Below, in pieces: positions 9,318 through 21,462 of a stretch of DNA of 64,000 nt. Position numbers and translations under genes: made by a program. Below the pieces are notes generated by a model. That model saw only the letters and a list, made by a program, of their open reading frames with translations. It did no database searches and was not told where the DNA came from. Position 1 is the stretch's first letter, and every line of letters starts with the position of its first letter. The stretch is taken from the NCBI GenBank assembly GCA_023334545.1, contig JAADVB010000015.1, positions 1 to 64,000 on the forward strand, read 5' to 3'. The stretch comes from Salisapilia sapeloensis CBS 127946. Taxonomy: Eukaryota > Protista > Oomycota.

Positions 9318-10184
9318 CTAGTCTGTTATTGTGGTCATGAGCTCGATTTCTTTTGGTAATTCCAAGTTTCCACCTTCCTGCCTAGTCTTGGACGCGAGCT
9401 TTAGTAATTCGGCAAGCTTTTGCAACGAATTAAAAGATTTGACAGTCTTGTCGTGCTCCTGTACTTGGCAGTATACTTGGTCTGATTGAGGGAGCCATTT
9501 GTTCGACATGACATCGATGGGCGAGCCCAACTTGGCAGCCAGTTTCTTCGTAAGTCCCACCAGTGCTCGACTGGCTGGAGATGTCGACAGTATGTCTTCT
9601 GGACAAACATTTCCTGTGCTCTGCAAGAGTCCATTTTGACAAACAAAGATCATTCTGATACGAGGTAGCTGCTTTTCATTTGTACCGACGAAAGCCCAGT
9701 CGGATCCATTTCTCGTCAGCGTCTTTAAGCAAAATTTGTACTCTTTCAAATCATGGTCGTAGCTTGCGTACCTTGTGAATCGAAGCTTTTCAACAGTCAG
9801 AAAGACCCTACTGTCTTGGTCTCCAGTAGAGCTACGATTCATCGTCGGCTTCGTCCAGTCGCCAGTCATCTCGACTGTCATCTCAGTCGGCCGTTCTCCT
9901 CTTCTTTGCAATTTCCAAATGTATTCGAATGTATTATCCCCATGCATCGTAATACAGATATTTTCAGCATCTTCGTGTAATGTCTTTGCATCATCATTAT
10001 CCTCTGATCCTGTAAAACTGTTCGTATTCGTAGATGTCCAGGCATATACCCCAGGAAGGATCGTGTATGCATCTTCACTCTGATCTTCCTCTTCAGGTCG
10101 CGCATAGTTCCAATTGACTCGAGCATCAGCTTCCTTGAGTAATTCTCCTAACGCCCATCCAACGCATGTAGACAAGTCCGCCAT
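9318..10184 (-). CDS. Hypothetical protein, 288 aa, intronless
   Basis: Long ATG-started ORF with ordinary globular composition, filling the gap between recognised genes. No family recognised. Confidence 0.7.
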   Translation of the reverse strand: MADLSTCVGWALGELLKEADARVNWNYARPEEEDQSEDAYTILPGVYAWTSTNTNSFTGSEDNDDAKTLHEDAENICITMHGDNTFEYIWKLQRRGERPTEMTVEMTGDWTKPTMNRSSTGDQDSRVFLTVEKLRFTRYASYDHDLKEYKFCLKTLTRNGSDWAFVGTNEKQLPRIRMIFVCQNGLLQSTGNVCPEDILSTSPASRALVGLTKKLAAKLGSPIDVMSNKWLPQSDQVYCQVQEHDKTVKSFNSLQKLAELLKLASKTRQEGGNLELPKEIELMTTITD

Positions 10185-10327
10185 GACTAAATTCTAAATA
10201 TGTCTTCCGTACATGTAAAAAACAAAACGACCAAGCATGATTCCTGTCGAATCCAAATCATATATCTAACCTCGGTTAGTCTACCAGGCTAAACTACTCG
10301 TACTAGCTCCATCTCCATCAGGCTATT

Positions 10328-11528
10328 CTACGCTCCAACAGCGTCCTTCTTTCCCCGCTTCCGTCCTCTGGTCTTCTTCTTCGCCACTTGACCCTTCTCC
10401 TTTCCATCCGCGTCCGTGCTGATTTCACTCAACTTGGAACTCAGTCTCGTCAGCTGCTTCTCCACTTGCTCCAACTCTTGCTCGCTCTTCTCATACTGCT
10501 GCGCCAACGCTCTTTCTTCTGCTGTCATCTCGTACGTGTCTTCGATCGTAGACTCCGTGAAGAAGTTGAGTTCAGGCGCGACGCCAGGCGCTTGGCCACC
10601 AATAATCGCTGCCTCAATGTCTTCCGTATCGGGAATAGATACGGGCATGGACACAGGCGGGGCCTCATCGATTGCCTCTGGTGAGCCGATGTGAGACTCG
10701 ATCATGTCCTCAATCATGTCCTCCAAACCACTGTACGTGGTTTCGCACGCCAGGATCTCATCACTACTGGCCAGGTACTTCCTCGCCTCTTCAATAGATT
10801 CATCCAAGTTGCTAAAGAAGGAGAGCTCGGCTGGTGGGCGCGTATTGCCCAAAATGAGTTTGCAGAAAAAGTCGAGGACAGTCGGAACGTCGTCGCCGAT
10901 GGCGTGACAAAGGTTGACTGTGTGCAACACCTTGAGGATGGCTTCGACGCCTTCCATCGGGTGAGCTGGTTCGTCCTCAGATTTCGTCGACATGCCGTCG
11001 TTGTGCTCGTCCGATTGCTCTACATTGTCTTCCGGGGTAAGCGACGGCGCTGGTGAGCTTTCAGCCGTTTGGCTTTGTTCCTCTTGCGTCTCTTTCGCTT
11101 GTTCCTAGGTTAAGCGGTAAATGTGGTGCTACCGATAGATATGAAGACCAGAACGTACTTGTTTGAAGATGTCGAAGAACTGCTCGCGTAGAGCTTGATA
11201 CTCTGTGACCATTTTTTCCAAGTGCGGTTTGTTCTGCACAAGCTCTTGCTGCTGCTCATTCAGTACCTACAGATAAAATTAGTAAGTACGGTATTCGCCC
11301 GCAAACCTCTGCACAGCAAGCACATACCTTTCCATCCTCCTTGACTGCCGTTTCTAAAGATTTAATCTTTTCTAATTTCTTGCGAGACGATCGAAGGCGC
11401 TTGTAGAGCGCCGTCATGTACGGATTTTCAGCTGCCTGGGCCATGAGCTTCTCGTGCTCCTTATTCTGCTTCTCCCGCTTCCCTGGCGTCGTTCCCACCT
11501 TGATCGTAGCTTTGGTCTTTCCCGTCAT
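10328..11528 (-). CDS. Caprin-1-like protein (N-terminal helical dimerisation region, acidic middle, basic tail), 3 exons
   Basis: Spliced N-terminus ALYKRLRSSRKKLEKIKSLETAVKEDGK|VLNEQQQELVQNKPHLEKMVTEYQALREQF resembles the Caprin HR1 pattern (K.LR.L.KK...LN..Q). Canonical introns join it to ORF 10328-10993. Confidence 0.55.
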
Positions 11529-11652
11529 CTTCGTAAATGGCCTCTCTTCCACCTACTTTGCTACGTCTTTTGACACCATTCGTCCGTCGCTCGGGAGAGG
11601 CTACGTGGATGGCACAGTAATGGTACATTCAATTTCGTGTTCTTTCATTCTC

Positions 11653-14600
11653 TTAGACTGCTTCGGTAATCTCGTCCTGGAAGACGGACGCAGAGGGCTC
11701 AGCGCCTTGGCTCACATCTACTTCGGATGCTCTACGCTTAGCCTCTAGCTCTTGTTCATAGTTCTTCACTTCTTCGAACCCGTTGCTCTCTTCCTCCTGG
11801 TCTGCAGATGTCGTCTCGGGCATCCCGAGCAGTTGTTTGAAGTGCGGACTCACTTGGTCGATCACTTGGCTCGTTTCATCCAAGAGCGTTGCACCTGTGT
11901 CAAAGTTGCTAACTCGCTCGAGAACATGTTCATTTCGCAACACTAGCAGTAGATTGTACAACGCCTGCTGCGCTGTTTCGACAACGACTGCTTCACCGTC
12001 GCCAAGCTCCTCCACGTCCCGCACATTCAGCTTCACGACCAATCGACGTACGACTTCCAGCCAAATCTCTCGGAAGTTTGGCAATGGTAGCAGTTCACTC
12101 AAATGGTGCAGGAACGTCTTGGACAGGAGCGTCACACTGTTCAATGCGACTTCCCACCCCGCTTCCTTCTCATCCAACGCAAAGACCACTTGCTCAAAGC
12201 ACTTTTGCCACTCGCTCGCATCAATCGGGACAGTATTCACCACAAGGCTCTCGTATACACCTCTCCACGCTTCTTTCGCGACTTCACTCCGTCCATCATC
12301 TACATACGCGAGCATCACTCGTAGCATGAGGATCCACTCCTCACCTTTCAACTCACTCGAATTAACTACACGCTGCACCAACGCCAGCGCACTTGCAGCA
12401 TACGAAGTGTCTGTGAACCTCAGTACGAACGCCTTCCAGAGTTTCATATTGTTAGAAGTGACGTGACCATCTACCAAGAGCTCTGCTGCTTCAAAGCAGA
12501 CGTTGATCGCTTGGTTGTTTGCCACGAGGTTCTCGAGAATGCCGAGCAAGACGTCCCAATCATGAAAGGTGGACATGTACGCCAGATTTGCACGTAGTGT
12601 GGACAAGAGTCCGGATGCTAGACGCTGTCCTAACGCGAGGTACAAGGCATCATCTAGCGTCGCTAACAGCTCCATCGTCTCCATCAGCCTCGTACGCAAT
12701 TGGTCGTCATGGAAGAGTCGGATGCTCGATCGTAGGATGTGTACGACGACTCTTTCTGCCAGCGCTTCTTCCATTGGAGTCGACAGCGCAGTGGATGCGA
12801 ATGAGTGGAAGGGAGCCCAGAGCTCTAGCGACAGCATACGAGAGGAATTGGCGAGGATGGCATCGACTGCCAGCTCTGCCATGACGATCGCATCGTCTGT
12901 CTTGTCCACACGTTGCATAGGTAGCAAGGTTTCCACGAGCGACACGAGCGAATGATCTGGCAGTCGACGTACCATCTTCAACCAGTTTTCCTTTTCCAGT
13001 ATGCCTCCACCTAGAGCAGTTACATGCTCCTTTATGGTCTGCTGAACACGCAATGCCTGTTCCTCCGCAGCATCTTCTTCACTCCACAAGTAGCTGGATA
13101 GAGACGTCCAGAGGGAAGAAGATGGAGAGAGAGGTTGCTGGCGCATCCTCTTGGTTTGTGCAGGTGGTAGCGGCACACCTTTGTCATCGACAAAGTCTTC
13201 TCGCTCTGTAATCGACTCCGGCAAGGTCTCGAGCTCATTCAAAAGCAGCATGCAGTCCACGACACTCGGCCAAGCGCCTGCCAAGTGACCACTTCGTGTC
13301 TGGACGAACTCAAAGATGAGTTTCAAACACAACAAGGCACGTCTCGTCATTGCTGCTTTCTCCAGATCGTCTTCCATGAACGAAGGCGTGAGCATTGGAG
13401 ACTCGACTGGATCTCGCTCCATCTCATTCTGACCAATGAGACTGTCTTTTCGAACGACGCTAGTCGTTGCTCGTTGCTTTGGTGGCACATACGTGACTTC
13501 ACCCTGTAGCACTTGATGGGCGAAGGTCGCAAAGTGGGTGGTCAACGCTGCCATGACACGTTGGAAGCGGTCCTGCATGCCATAGTAGAGCGCAATCACG
13601 GCAAAGTCTCGGAGACCGTCGAGAGCTCGCTGCATATTGGCGGCATCTCTCGTCTTGCTCAATGCGTCAAGCACACTCGTCAGCGTAGCGTCTGCAACGA
13701 GAGAGAACATGTCTTTCTCATACAATCCAGCACGGAGCTTGAGGATGCTCGCGTTGGACGAGAAGCTTGCACCCACGACATTCTCACTGCGCTTCAAGAC
13801 ACCCTCCCACTGGATAGAGTATCGGTCGACGGCAGATGAAGAGTCGACATTCGGTGCATCTGGTTGCATCTGGATTTCCTTGTTCGCGATATTGTCATAC
13901 AACTGCTCCAAGTAGTCTTTTGGCAAGTCCTCTCCTCCGTTAATGCCTCGATTGTTCCTGATAAACTCTTCCAACGTCATTTTCTTTGCGATTTGACTTG
14001 AATGCAAGTCTGTGTTTAAGAGAATGATACTAAATGCAAGGACGAACGCAGCATCTGCGTCTTTGAACGGACCAGAATCTTGGCATTGACTAAAGAAGTG
14101 CTTCGAAAACGCTTCCATCAATCGATCGATCTTCTGAGCTTCACCAGGTAGACGGAACCGAGCGAGGAACTCACGAAGAGCTTCATCTAAAGATGTGCAT
14201 TGGGAAAAGTCAAACATAGAAACATACGCGTCTCGGACGGCACAGTTGAATGGTAGTTTGTCCTCCGGTCCGTCGCCAATGTAGTCTCCAACGAGCGTCT
14301 TGTCCAGCCCAGGCGTGTGCAGGAGGAAGCTGGCCACGTCCTCGGCAGATGGCTGCTCTGGAAGCAGACCTAGCTGCTGTGCAAAGGCCATCCAGTGCTT
14401 TTGGTCTGAATTGAACTTGTCGGCAGCTAGAGCATACCTCTTCTTCGCACGCTTTCGCTGCTGCAAGACCTCTGCCGCGCGTTCACGAGCAGTGTGTAGC
14501 ATCGCGAGTTGGTCTGCGCTGTCATCTTGCTCTGACTCACTGTCACTGGCGCTAGATAACACGCGCTGCATCAAGTCATGAACGGATGAGAGAGGGGGCA

Positions 14601-15942
14601 TGTCTTGGAGAGACACGTCAGAGGAGGAAGCTGTTTGTTCCGTTAGTTCAGATGAAAATGAAGTAGAAAGAGGACAACGACGGGCGATGGACTCGATAAC
14701 AGCTAGTAAAGACTCTAGACATAGGTTGGTAAGTGCGTTCAAAGACCCGTCTTCGCTCTCCATCGCTTGACAGTTACGCGCGAGACTTTTGCACAAGACT
14801 TCGAAGAGGTTGGTGCAATGGACATCGCAGTCGTAATTTATATACAGGTCGAGCATGAGTGCTGGTTCGCGACAGAACTCTAACAAAGATTCTAGCGCCA
14901 ACTCCTTCTGTTCAGGGGTGCACGACGGACTGTCGATCAAGCGCAAGTGAACGCTGGTGAAGAAGACTTCTAACTGGACCTTTAAGTGATCCTTGATCGA
15001 GTTGAAAAGATTGAAGACGACGCGAAGCGTGAGGGACAGGACGGAGAGATCCTCCGTCTCAGAGTTTTGGAGTAAGAACTTTGACAAGTCGCCCTGGAGC
15101 ACAGTGACGAGGCGAGGGTGGGATCCGAGACCTGTACCAGACGTCTCGAGAACGATGTTGATCAGACGCAAGCCCAAGACACGGGTACTGTCGTCATTAT
15201 CAGCAGGACTGATGAGCTTGACGAGGAACTCGAGCATGCGTTCAAGCAAGAAAATACCATAGGGTACTGTACGCGACAAACTAGTGCTGCTTTCTACATC
15301 TGGGCTACTCTCATCTTCTTTCGTGCCTTCCTCTAGCTCTTCTAATCGGTCGAAAACAGAAAGAGTGATGTGGGCGAGGGCGTTCTCAGCTGCTCGACGC
15401 AAGTGTATCGATGCACGAGATTGGTTTCGAACGCGATAGCAGAGCTGAATAATTGCCCAGACGTTGACACCTGTAAGCGCAGCGCCGGCATCACATCGCA
15501 CGGCAAATTCAGCCAGTTCGAGCAGTTTAAGTAAAACGTCTTCGTCGTCATCCCGATGGGTTTCCTCGAATCGACAGCGAGCTACACTAGTGGCGAGTCG
15601 GTTGATGGCAACATCAGCACGCAACGAGTCAGCGGAGAATAGACTGTAGAGTAGGAACTTATGGAGAGAGGATAAGGCAGCTCCTGTGATAAACCCGCTC
15701 GTGGCTTCCGACTCGATGACCATGATGAATGGGAGCAAGTATGTAACTGCATCAACGTCCGAAAGGTCGTTGACGCCCTGTAGTTCATAGTGTAGTTGCT
15801 GGAAAGCTCGGAGTAAAGGAGACTGTGTAGCTGCTGGGATCTCATGATGGAAGCGATCGGACGAAGCCCAGCGGGCGTTCACACGCATCATGGACAATAC
15901 ATTATGTATTTCTCCCTTGACGACGTTCATAGCGGACGCCAT
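11653..15942 (-). CDS. GBF1: Large ARF guanine-nucleotide exchange factor, GBF1/GNOM class (DCB-HUS-Sec7-HDS)
   Basis: Intronless, about 1430 aa. Sec7 motif FRLPGEAQKIDRLMEAF with the catalytic Glu, IILLNTDLH and HUS box LYINYDCD. N-terminus GEIHNVLSMMR. Confidence 0.93.
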   Translation of the reverse strand: MASAMNVVKGEIHNVLSMMRVNARWASSDRFHHEIPAATQSPLLRAFQQLHYELQGVNDLSDVDAVTYLLPFIMVIESEATSGFITGAALSSLHKFLLYSLFSADSLRADVAINRLATSVARCRFEETHRDDDEDVLLKLLELAEFAVRCDAGAALTGVNVWAIIQLCYRVRNQSRASIHLRRAAENALAHITLSVFDRLEELEEGTKEDESSPDVESSTSLSRTVPYGIFLLERMLEFLVKLISPADNDDSTRVLGLRLINIVLETSGTGLGSHPRLVTVLQGDLSKFLLQNSETEDLSVLSLTLRVVFNLFNSIKDHLKVQLEVFFTSVHLRLIDSPSCTPEQKELALESLLEFCREPALMLDLYINYDCDVHCTNLFEVLCKSLARNCQAMESEDGSLNALTNLCLESLLAVIESIARRCPLSTSFSSELTEQTASSSDVSLQDMPPLSSVHDLMQRVLSSASDSESEQDDSADQLAMLHTARERAAEVLQQRKRAKKRYALAADKFNSDQKHWMAFAQQLGLLPEQPSAEDVASFLLHTPGLDKTLVGDYIGDGPEDKLPFNCAVRDAYVSMFDFSQCTSLDEALREFLARFRLPGEAQKIDRLMEAFSKHFFSQCQDSGPFKDADAAFVLAFSIILLNTDLHSSQIAKKMTLEEFIRNNRGINGGEDLPKDYLEQLYDNIANKEIQMQPDAPNVDSSSAVDRYSIQWEGVLKRSENVVGASFSSNASILKLRAGLYEKDMFSLVADATLTSVLDALSKTRDAANMQRALDGLRDFAVIALYYGMQDRFQRVMAALTTHFATFAHQVLQGEVTYVPPKQRATTSVVRKDSLIGQNEMERDPVESPMLTPSFMEDDLEKAAMTRRALLCLKLIFEFVQTRSGHLAGAWPSVVDCMLLLNELETLPESITEREDFVDDKGVPLPPAQTKRMRQQPLSPSSSLWTSLSSYLWSEEDAAEEQALRVQQTIKEHVTALGGGILEKENWLKMVRRLPDHSLVSLVETLLPMQRVDKTDDAIVMAELAVDAILANSSRMLSLELWAPFHSFASTALSTPMEEALAERVVVHILRSSIRLFHDDQLRTRLMETMELLATLDDALYLALGQRLASGLLSTLRANLAYMSTFHDWDVLLGILENLVANNQAINVCFEAAELLVDGHVTSNNMKLWKAFVLRFTDTSYAASALALVQRVVNSSELKGEEWILMLRVMLAYVDDGRSEVAKEAWRGVYESLVVNTVPIDASEWQKCFEQVVFALDEKEAGWEVALNSVTLLSKTFLHHLSELLPLPNFREIWLEVVRRLVVKLNVRDVEELGDGEAVVVETAQQALYNLLLVLRNEHVLERVSNFDTGATLLDETSQVIDQVSPHFKQLLGMPETTSADQEEESNGFEEVKNYEQELEAKRRASEVDVSQGAEPSASVFQDEITEAV

Positions 15943-16289
15943 GACGCGGGACTCGTGCTTATTCCGTCCTGGGAGGTCCATCTCGGACGACTACGTGTAC
16001 AAATCGGTCTGCTTGCAGGTGTCGTGTCCGGACCAGATTACTCGCTTGGATACTACCATAGAAAAACCGTTAAACAGCGTTTATTTTGCAGGACTTTGGG
16101 ATTTTAGCCAGTTAGATTGCATACCGCTTCATTAACAGCCAATTGTAGCCTGGTCGGACGGAGATCAGGAGGTCATTCCCACTTACGACAGCGTGCAGGC
16201 GATATGGAGGGATCAAGTGAAGTACGGAAGCTTTTTATACTTGCTATGACATTGCATACACAATACGGTCTTTATGCGTGTATTAATGG

Positions 16290-18240
16290 ATGGTAAAGGT
16301 AGAAGACAAACATGAAGAGGCACCTAGACAGTCGACAGTTGGGAAATGGCCATCGAGTGTGCTGGAGGCTGCGAAAGGTAGAGCCGCTTCAGCTCGAAAG
16401 TCTTTCGGTCCGCAATTGCAGAATGTGCGAGACGCTACTTCCAAACGGTACGTCTACTCTTTCGTCTATAAGAAGTGTTATACGTCCAGGATGCATATCG
16501 CCACTGAGATATATCCAAGCACATTCTACTGTCGTTTATGCCTTTAGACAATTGTATTCTACTTTTTTCCAATCGATACTAATCGGAACTGTTTGGATTA
16601 GATTGGAAGGTTATCATCCGATTAATAAAATGCGAGACTCTGCTGTCTCTGGTTCGTATTTTAAAGCGCATCGAGTAGAGACGTTTATTCTCATATTCGT
16701 TTCTTCGTAGCTGCATCCATGGGCAAAAAAGGCATGCAGCCTGCCATCTCTCGCGTCTACAGTGGTTCTTCCCAAGGTACCCTTGACTAACATTTGTATG
16801 TCTAAGATGACTTTAACGACCGATGTGCCTGCTAGGTTACCGCATCCTCCGGACCAAACTGTCGTCTGCAGCACCCATGGCAGAGAAAATGCAAGCCATG
16901 GGATTGAGTATGGTGAATGATGTGCTTGGAGATTCTTCTCCGCTCACGGAGCTTCCTATCATCGATCGCCCGATCGAGTCGAACGTCCGCTTTCTGGAAA
17001 AGTATAAAAGATACACACACAGCAGTGCCTTGCAACAGAAAACGAGAGCTCAGAAGCTTCGTCAGTCTATCCCATCCTACTCGACTGCAAGAACCAGTTC
17101 GATCGTGTCGGAGGAGAACGCTGCCACTGCATGCTTCTCTCGGCCGTACATCCTTGGCACCATCTTACTGTATGCCGGTGACCTCGCAACGGTTGCAGCT
17201 GCTGGAAACATCAACCGAGCCACTCGGATCTTTACTCAATCTGAGAAGAAGCTGTGGCATTTTGCTATCCGGTATGGTGGCATCCCAGAATCCATGCGTC
17301 TATCGTGCTGGGAGCATACTGTCAGGTACATATTCTGCAGTCAACTAGTATAAACTCTTCCTCATTTGTGTTTTATAGAGTGGAAGAAGCACGTGCGAAT
17401 TCAGAGCAAGATTACGACACTTACCTTCACATGGCATTGTCCAAAGGAGAGGACTCGGAGCTCATTGCGACGGACGTTCGTCGTACTTATGGCCGAGTGC
17501 CTCCTCATAGAAGACCGGAAAAGGAAGAAGTTGTGGAAGATGTGGAACCGGATGAGGCACAGATGAAGCAGCTCAGTGACGTTCTCCACGCTTTAGCAGG
17601 TCGATTCCCAACCGTCGGGTACTGCCAAGGCATGGATTACATTGCTGCCCACGTCCTTCGTCACACTCAATTCGTCGGGACTGCGAACGAGTCTCAATGC
17701 GAACGAGCATTCTGGTTCCTTGTTGCTCTCTTTGAGCACTACGAATTGAAACAACTCTTTTCGCCTGGACTGCAGAAGCTACAGGTCTTGTGTTTCCAAA
17801 GTCATCGTTTATTTGAAGTTGTCACGCCAAGATTGTCTGCATCCTTTACGGAGCAAAAGGTCATCATTGAAATGTTCACGGTCGGGTGGTTCCAAACGCT
17901 CTTCTTGTATCTGAACGCTCTGCCTACACATACGCTTGATCGTGTTTGGGATATTTTCCTGGTGGAAAAGAACTCCAAGATTTTGCATCGAGTGGCAATG
18001 GCCTTGTTGGCGTTTGCCGAGCGAGAAGTGCTGGATGCCAAGCAGGGGACAATTGACGACGTCATTCAGTTCTTGAACACATTTGACGACCGAAAAGGAT
18101 TGTTGGATTCGGAAGTCCTATTACATGAAGCCTTGCGTATTAAGGTCACGAATAAGCGATTGAAAAAGCTGCAGAAGCAGTTTTTTAAGCGACAAAGTGC
18201 TAGACTAAAGAGTGGTGGTGGCTATAACAATCTCATGTGA
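16290..18240 (+). CDS. Rab-GAP TBC-domain protein (multi-exon; 5' exon structure uncertain)
   Basis: IATDVRRTY (Arg finger), VGYCQGMDYIAA (Gln finger), FTVGWFQTLF and RVWDIFL. Stop at 18238-18240. Confidence 0.9.
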
Positions 18241-18351
18241 GAGACGTAACATGGTGGAAACGTACGATATCGTGTCAATTTCATTTCTAGAGCTATTTTA
18301 GGCTTTGCCTTCTGTCGCTTTGTCAAGATAGACGAGCAGAACGAGTGTTAG

Positions 18352-19990
18352 ATGGATGATCTACTAGAGCGTATTGGGAGATACTTTGATGAAAAAGAGG
18401 GTCGGCGACAGAAAAGCTTTTCTGATGCAGTGACAAAGCATCTTGCTTTGGATAGTGTGCCTAACTTGGAAAAAAAGGAGGAGCGAAGGATACATGAAAC
18501 TTTTCGCCGCACACCATCAGCGTCAAGCAATGCTATGAACGTAGCCAAAGAGTCGGTGGTGCCGAGATTACCAATTTCACGACACATGCCTGTCAGAACA
18601 GATAGCATCGGGTCTGGAATCTCTACAGAGTCCAAAACCTTTAGGAGAACATCGAGGAGCTTGGAATCGAGAGAATGTGGCGCGAGTGAAAGTACAAAGT
18701 CAAATTCATCGGATAGCAATCGATTTCATAGCGCACGGTCAGCTCCAACTTATTCAAACGTCAAGTCCAGTCGAAAGCGACTAACGAAGGCACAGAAACG
18801 ACATCGATCAAAAGACAAAAAGGAGCGCATCAAACTAGCTAAAGAGATGGCCAAGGCAAAAGCTGTGAAAGTTGAAGCTTCTTTAGCTGCAGCAAAGCAA
18901 CGAGCGGAGGAAATATTACTGGAAAATCAAAGGCAGAAGCAGCTTGCGATTGAAAAGCGCAGAGAGGAGCAGCGACGTGTTCAAGCAGAAATGGAGAAGA
19001 TAGAAGCCATTCGGGCGCGAGACAGAGAAGCGCTGGAACGTGCAAAAGCGAAGAGCTTAAAAATAAACAAAGATAGTTTGCATAAGAGCTACAAGGTACC
19101 GGAGACTGTTGTGCGAGACACGGAACCAACTCACAATAACCAAGAAGAGGTAGAGGATGGCATTGTGGGTCAAAGTGAAGCCTTCTTTAAATCAACTGCA
19201 GGTCACAAGGAGTTCTTCCTGCAGCGATTGGAAAGACTGGAAAAAGATCGGGTACGATGACATTGAGATTGATATGTAAATAAAAATGATAATTGCATAC
19301 ACTTTGTAGATGGCACTTCAAGATCGTTTTAAGGGCCGTCGAGAAACTACTCTTCGGGTGCAAGTGAGAGAACAAAATCGGAGGAAAGCACAACTTGATC
19401 AAGTTCGAAACGAAAACTCTTCATTTCAAAATGAAAATAAAGCTCTTGCTGTTGCCAACGCTGAACTGGAACGGGAAGTGAAGCGCTTACAAGAAATATG
19501 CGATAGTATCACTAGCCAGCATCGAAAGTTAAATGAAAAAGCAGATAAGAAGAGACGAAAGCGAAGGCAAGAGATGGAAGCAATGTTTTCAAAGGAAGCT
19601 ACCATGAAAATGCACACAGAGTTGCTACAGGACGAAACTCGAAACTTGAAAGATGCTGCTAAAGCTAGGGCTAAAGCAAAGGAACGCCTTATAAAGAAAG
19701 AAAGAATGCTGAAGAGAATTTTACCGTCTTTTCACCGGCCTTATAGAGCTTCCAACCAGAACAGTTCCAACCAAGCTGAAGAAGGCGAGTGGGCTCTGTC
19801 ACCAGATTTGGCTGAAATGGACGTTATATCAGATGGCAGGAAAGCAGCAGAAACTCGTGATGGCAAGACCTGGAGTCGCGATGATGGGCACGGACTGGGA
19901 GATTTAAACGGTTCAACCGTGAGGGACTTATTTTGGATGCCGAGAAATAACAAACTCAGCACTATACCCGAGGATGAAGAGTTTAAATAA
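18352..19990 (+). CDS. Hypothetical coiled-coil, charge-rich protein (2 exons)
   Basis: ORFs 18352-19260 and 19310-19990 join through a gtacga...ttgtag intron. Long E/K/R-rich heptad stretches. Confidence 0.7.
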
Positions 19991-20613
19991 GCTACATTGC
20001 GAGCAATCTTTGTATTATAAGAGTAACTTGACTAGTTAAAGTATTTTCGTATGTTGAATTACTTTTATGAGTTTAAGCATCATCTATAGTATTCGTAGAT
20101 AATGAAGACAGCAATTTGCAGGTAAGTCGGTTCATTTCCAAGCGAAGAGTCTTGTCCGGTAACCATAACTTTTATAAATGTATGTGTCAATAATCGGTGC
20201 TCATAGTGCATCAGGACATCATTACTCTCTCAGCTAGCATGCTAGCCTGTTCCAGTTGTATGAACAGTGGAATAGTATCAGTACTCGAAAGAGGACAAAG
20301 GCAATATGCCAGATTACCACTGGATATGGCACGCCTTTTGAACTTGATCTATATGACTATTTATATTCATCAATTTACAACTACTCAATGTTTTGCGCCT
20401 TTCTTGATATACGATAGATGAGTGCCGCACTTTGCTCATAAATATACTGAATGTGCCCATTATTCCCCAGCATCGAAATGGACTTTTATGCTGTCAAATT
20501 GAAGGGTCATGTTTACGAATACATACAGTCACTCATATCATGATGTATGTGTGAAAACGTAAACCAAGTAGAAATCACTTTTCGACCAGAAACAAATCGA
20601 AAGTCCTAGTATC

Positions 20614-21462
20614 ATGTCTTCGATTGTTTGGTTTATCACGGGCTGCTCCACTGGACTGGGGAAAGAAATCGCGTTGGCTGCTTTAGATAATGGTGACAAA
20701 GTTGTTGCTACGGCTCGCAATCCGTCCACCCTCGAAGAACTCAAATCGAAGGGTGCCATGGTCATGGCTTTCGATGTCACTGAATCCGAAGAAGAAATGA
20801 ACGACAAGGTAGCTGAAGCTGCAAAAGCCATGGGTAGCATCGACATACTCGTCAACAATGCCGGATATGCTCAACAAGGTGCATTGGAAGAGTGCAGCAG
20901 AGAAGAAGTGTTCAATCAATACAATACGAACGTCTTCGGTGTCATTGCTGTCACGAAAGCTGTGCTTCCATACATGCGCAAGCAAAAATCCGGTGTCATT
21001 GCCAACATTGGATCCATCGGAGGATGGGTCGGTGCGCCAGCTACATCCATGTACTTTGGAACCAAGTGGGCTGTTGCAGGGCTTTCGCAAAGCTTGCGGA
21101 AGGAAGTGGAGCATCTTGGTATTGAAGTCACATGCATTGAGCCAGGACAGTTCCGCACTGCCTTTGGCAGCGGACGTAAGTCTGCTCAGACAAAAATCCA
21201 TGATTATGATCCGGCAACCAAGCCGCGCCTCGAGTGGCTAGACAGCATGCACGGGAAACAGCCTGGTGATCCTGTCAAGGCAGGCCGATTTATCGTAGAA
21301 GCACTGACGAAATCTGGTCGATGTGAAGGTAGAGACTTGCCTGCTCGTATGCCGATTGGATCGGACTGTGTTGGGCCTGTCAAAGCTACCATTGAAGCGA
21401 GTAAGGCCGAGGTCGAGGAATGGGAAGAATTGACGACGCCAATGGACTTTGACGAAAAGTAA
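20614..21462 (+). CDS. Classical short-chain dehydrogenase/reductase
   Basis: TGCSTGLG (TGxxxGxG), LVNNAG, YFGTK (YxxxK) and IEPGQFRT. Intronless. Confidence 0.95.
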   Translation: MSSIVWFITGCSTGLGKEIALAALDNGDKVVATARNPSTLEELKSKGAMVMAFDVTESEEEMNDKVAEAAKAMGSIDILVNNAGYAQQGALEECSREEVFNQYNTNVFGVIAVTKAVLPYMRKQKSGVIANIGSIGGWVGAPATSMYFGTKWAVAGLSQSLRKEVEHLGIEVTCIEPGQFRTAFGSGRKSAQTKIHDYDPATKPRLEWLDSMHGKQPGDPVKAGRFIVEALTKSGRCEGRDLPARMPIGSDCVGPVKATIEASKAEVEEWEELTTPMDFDEK

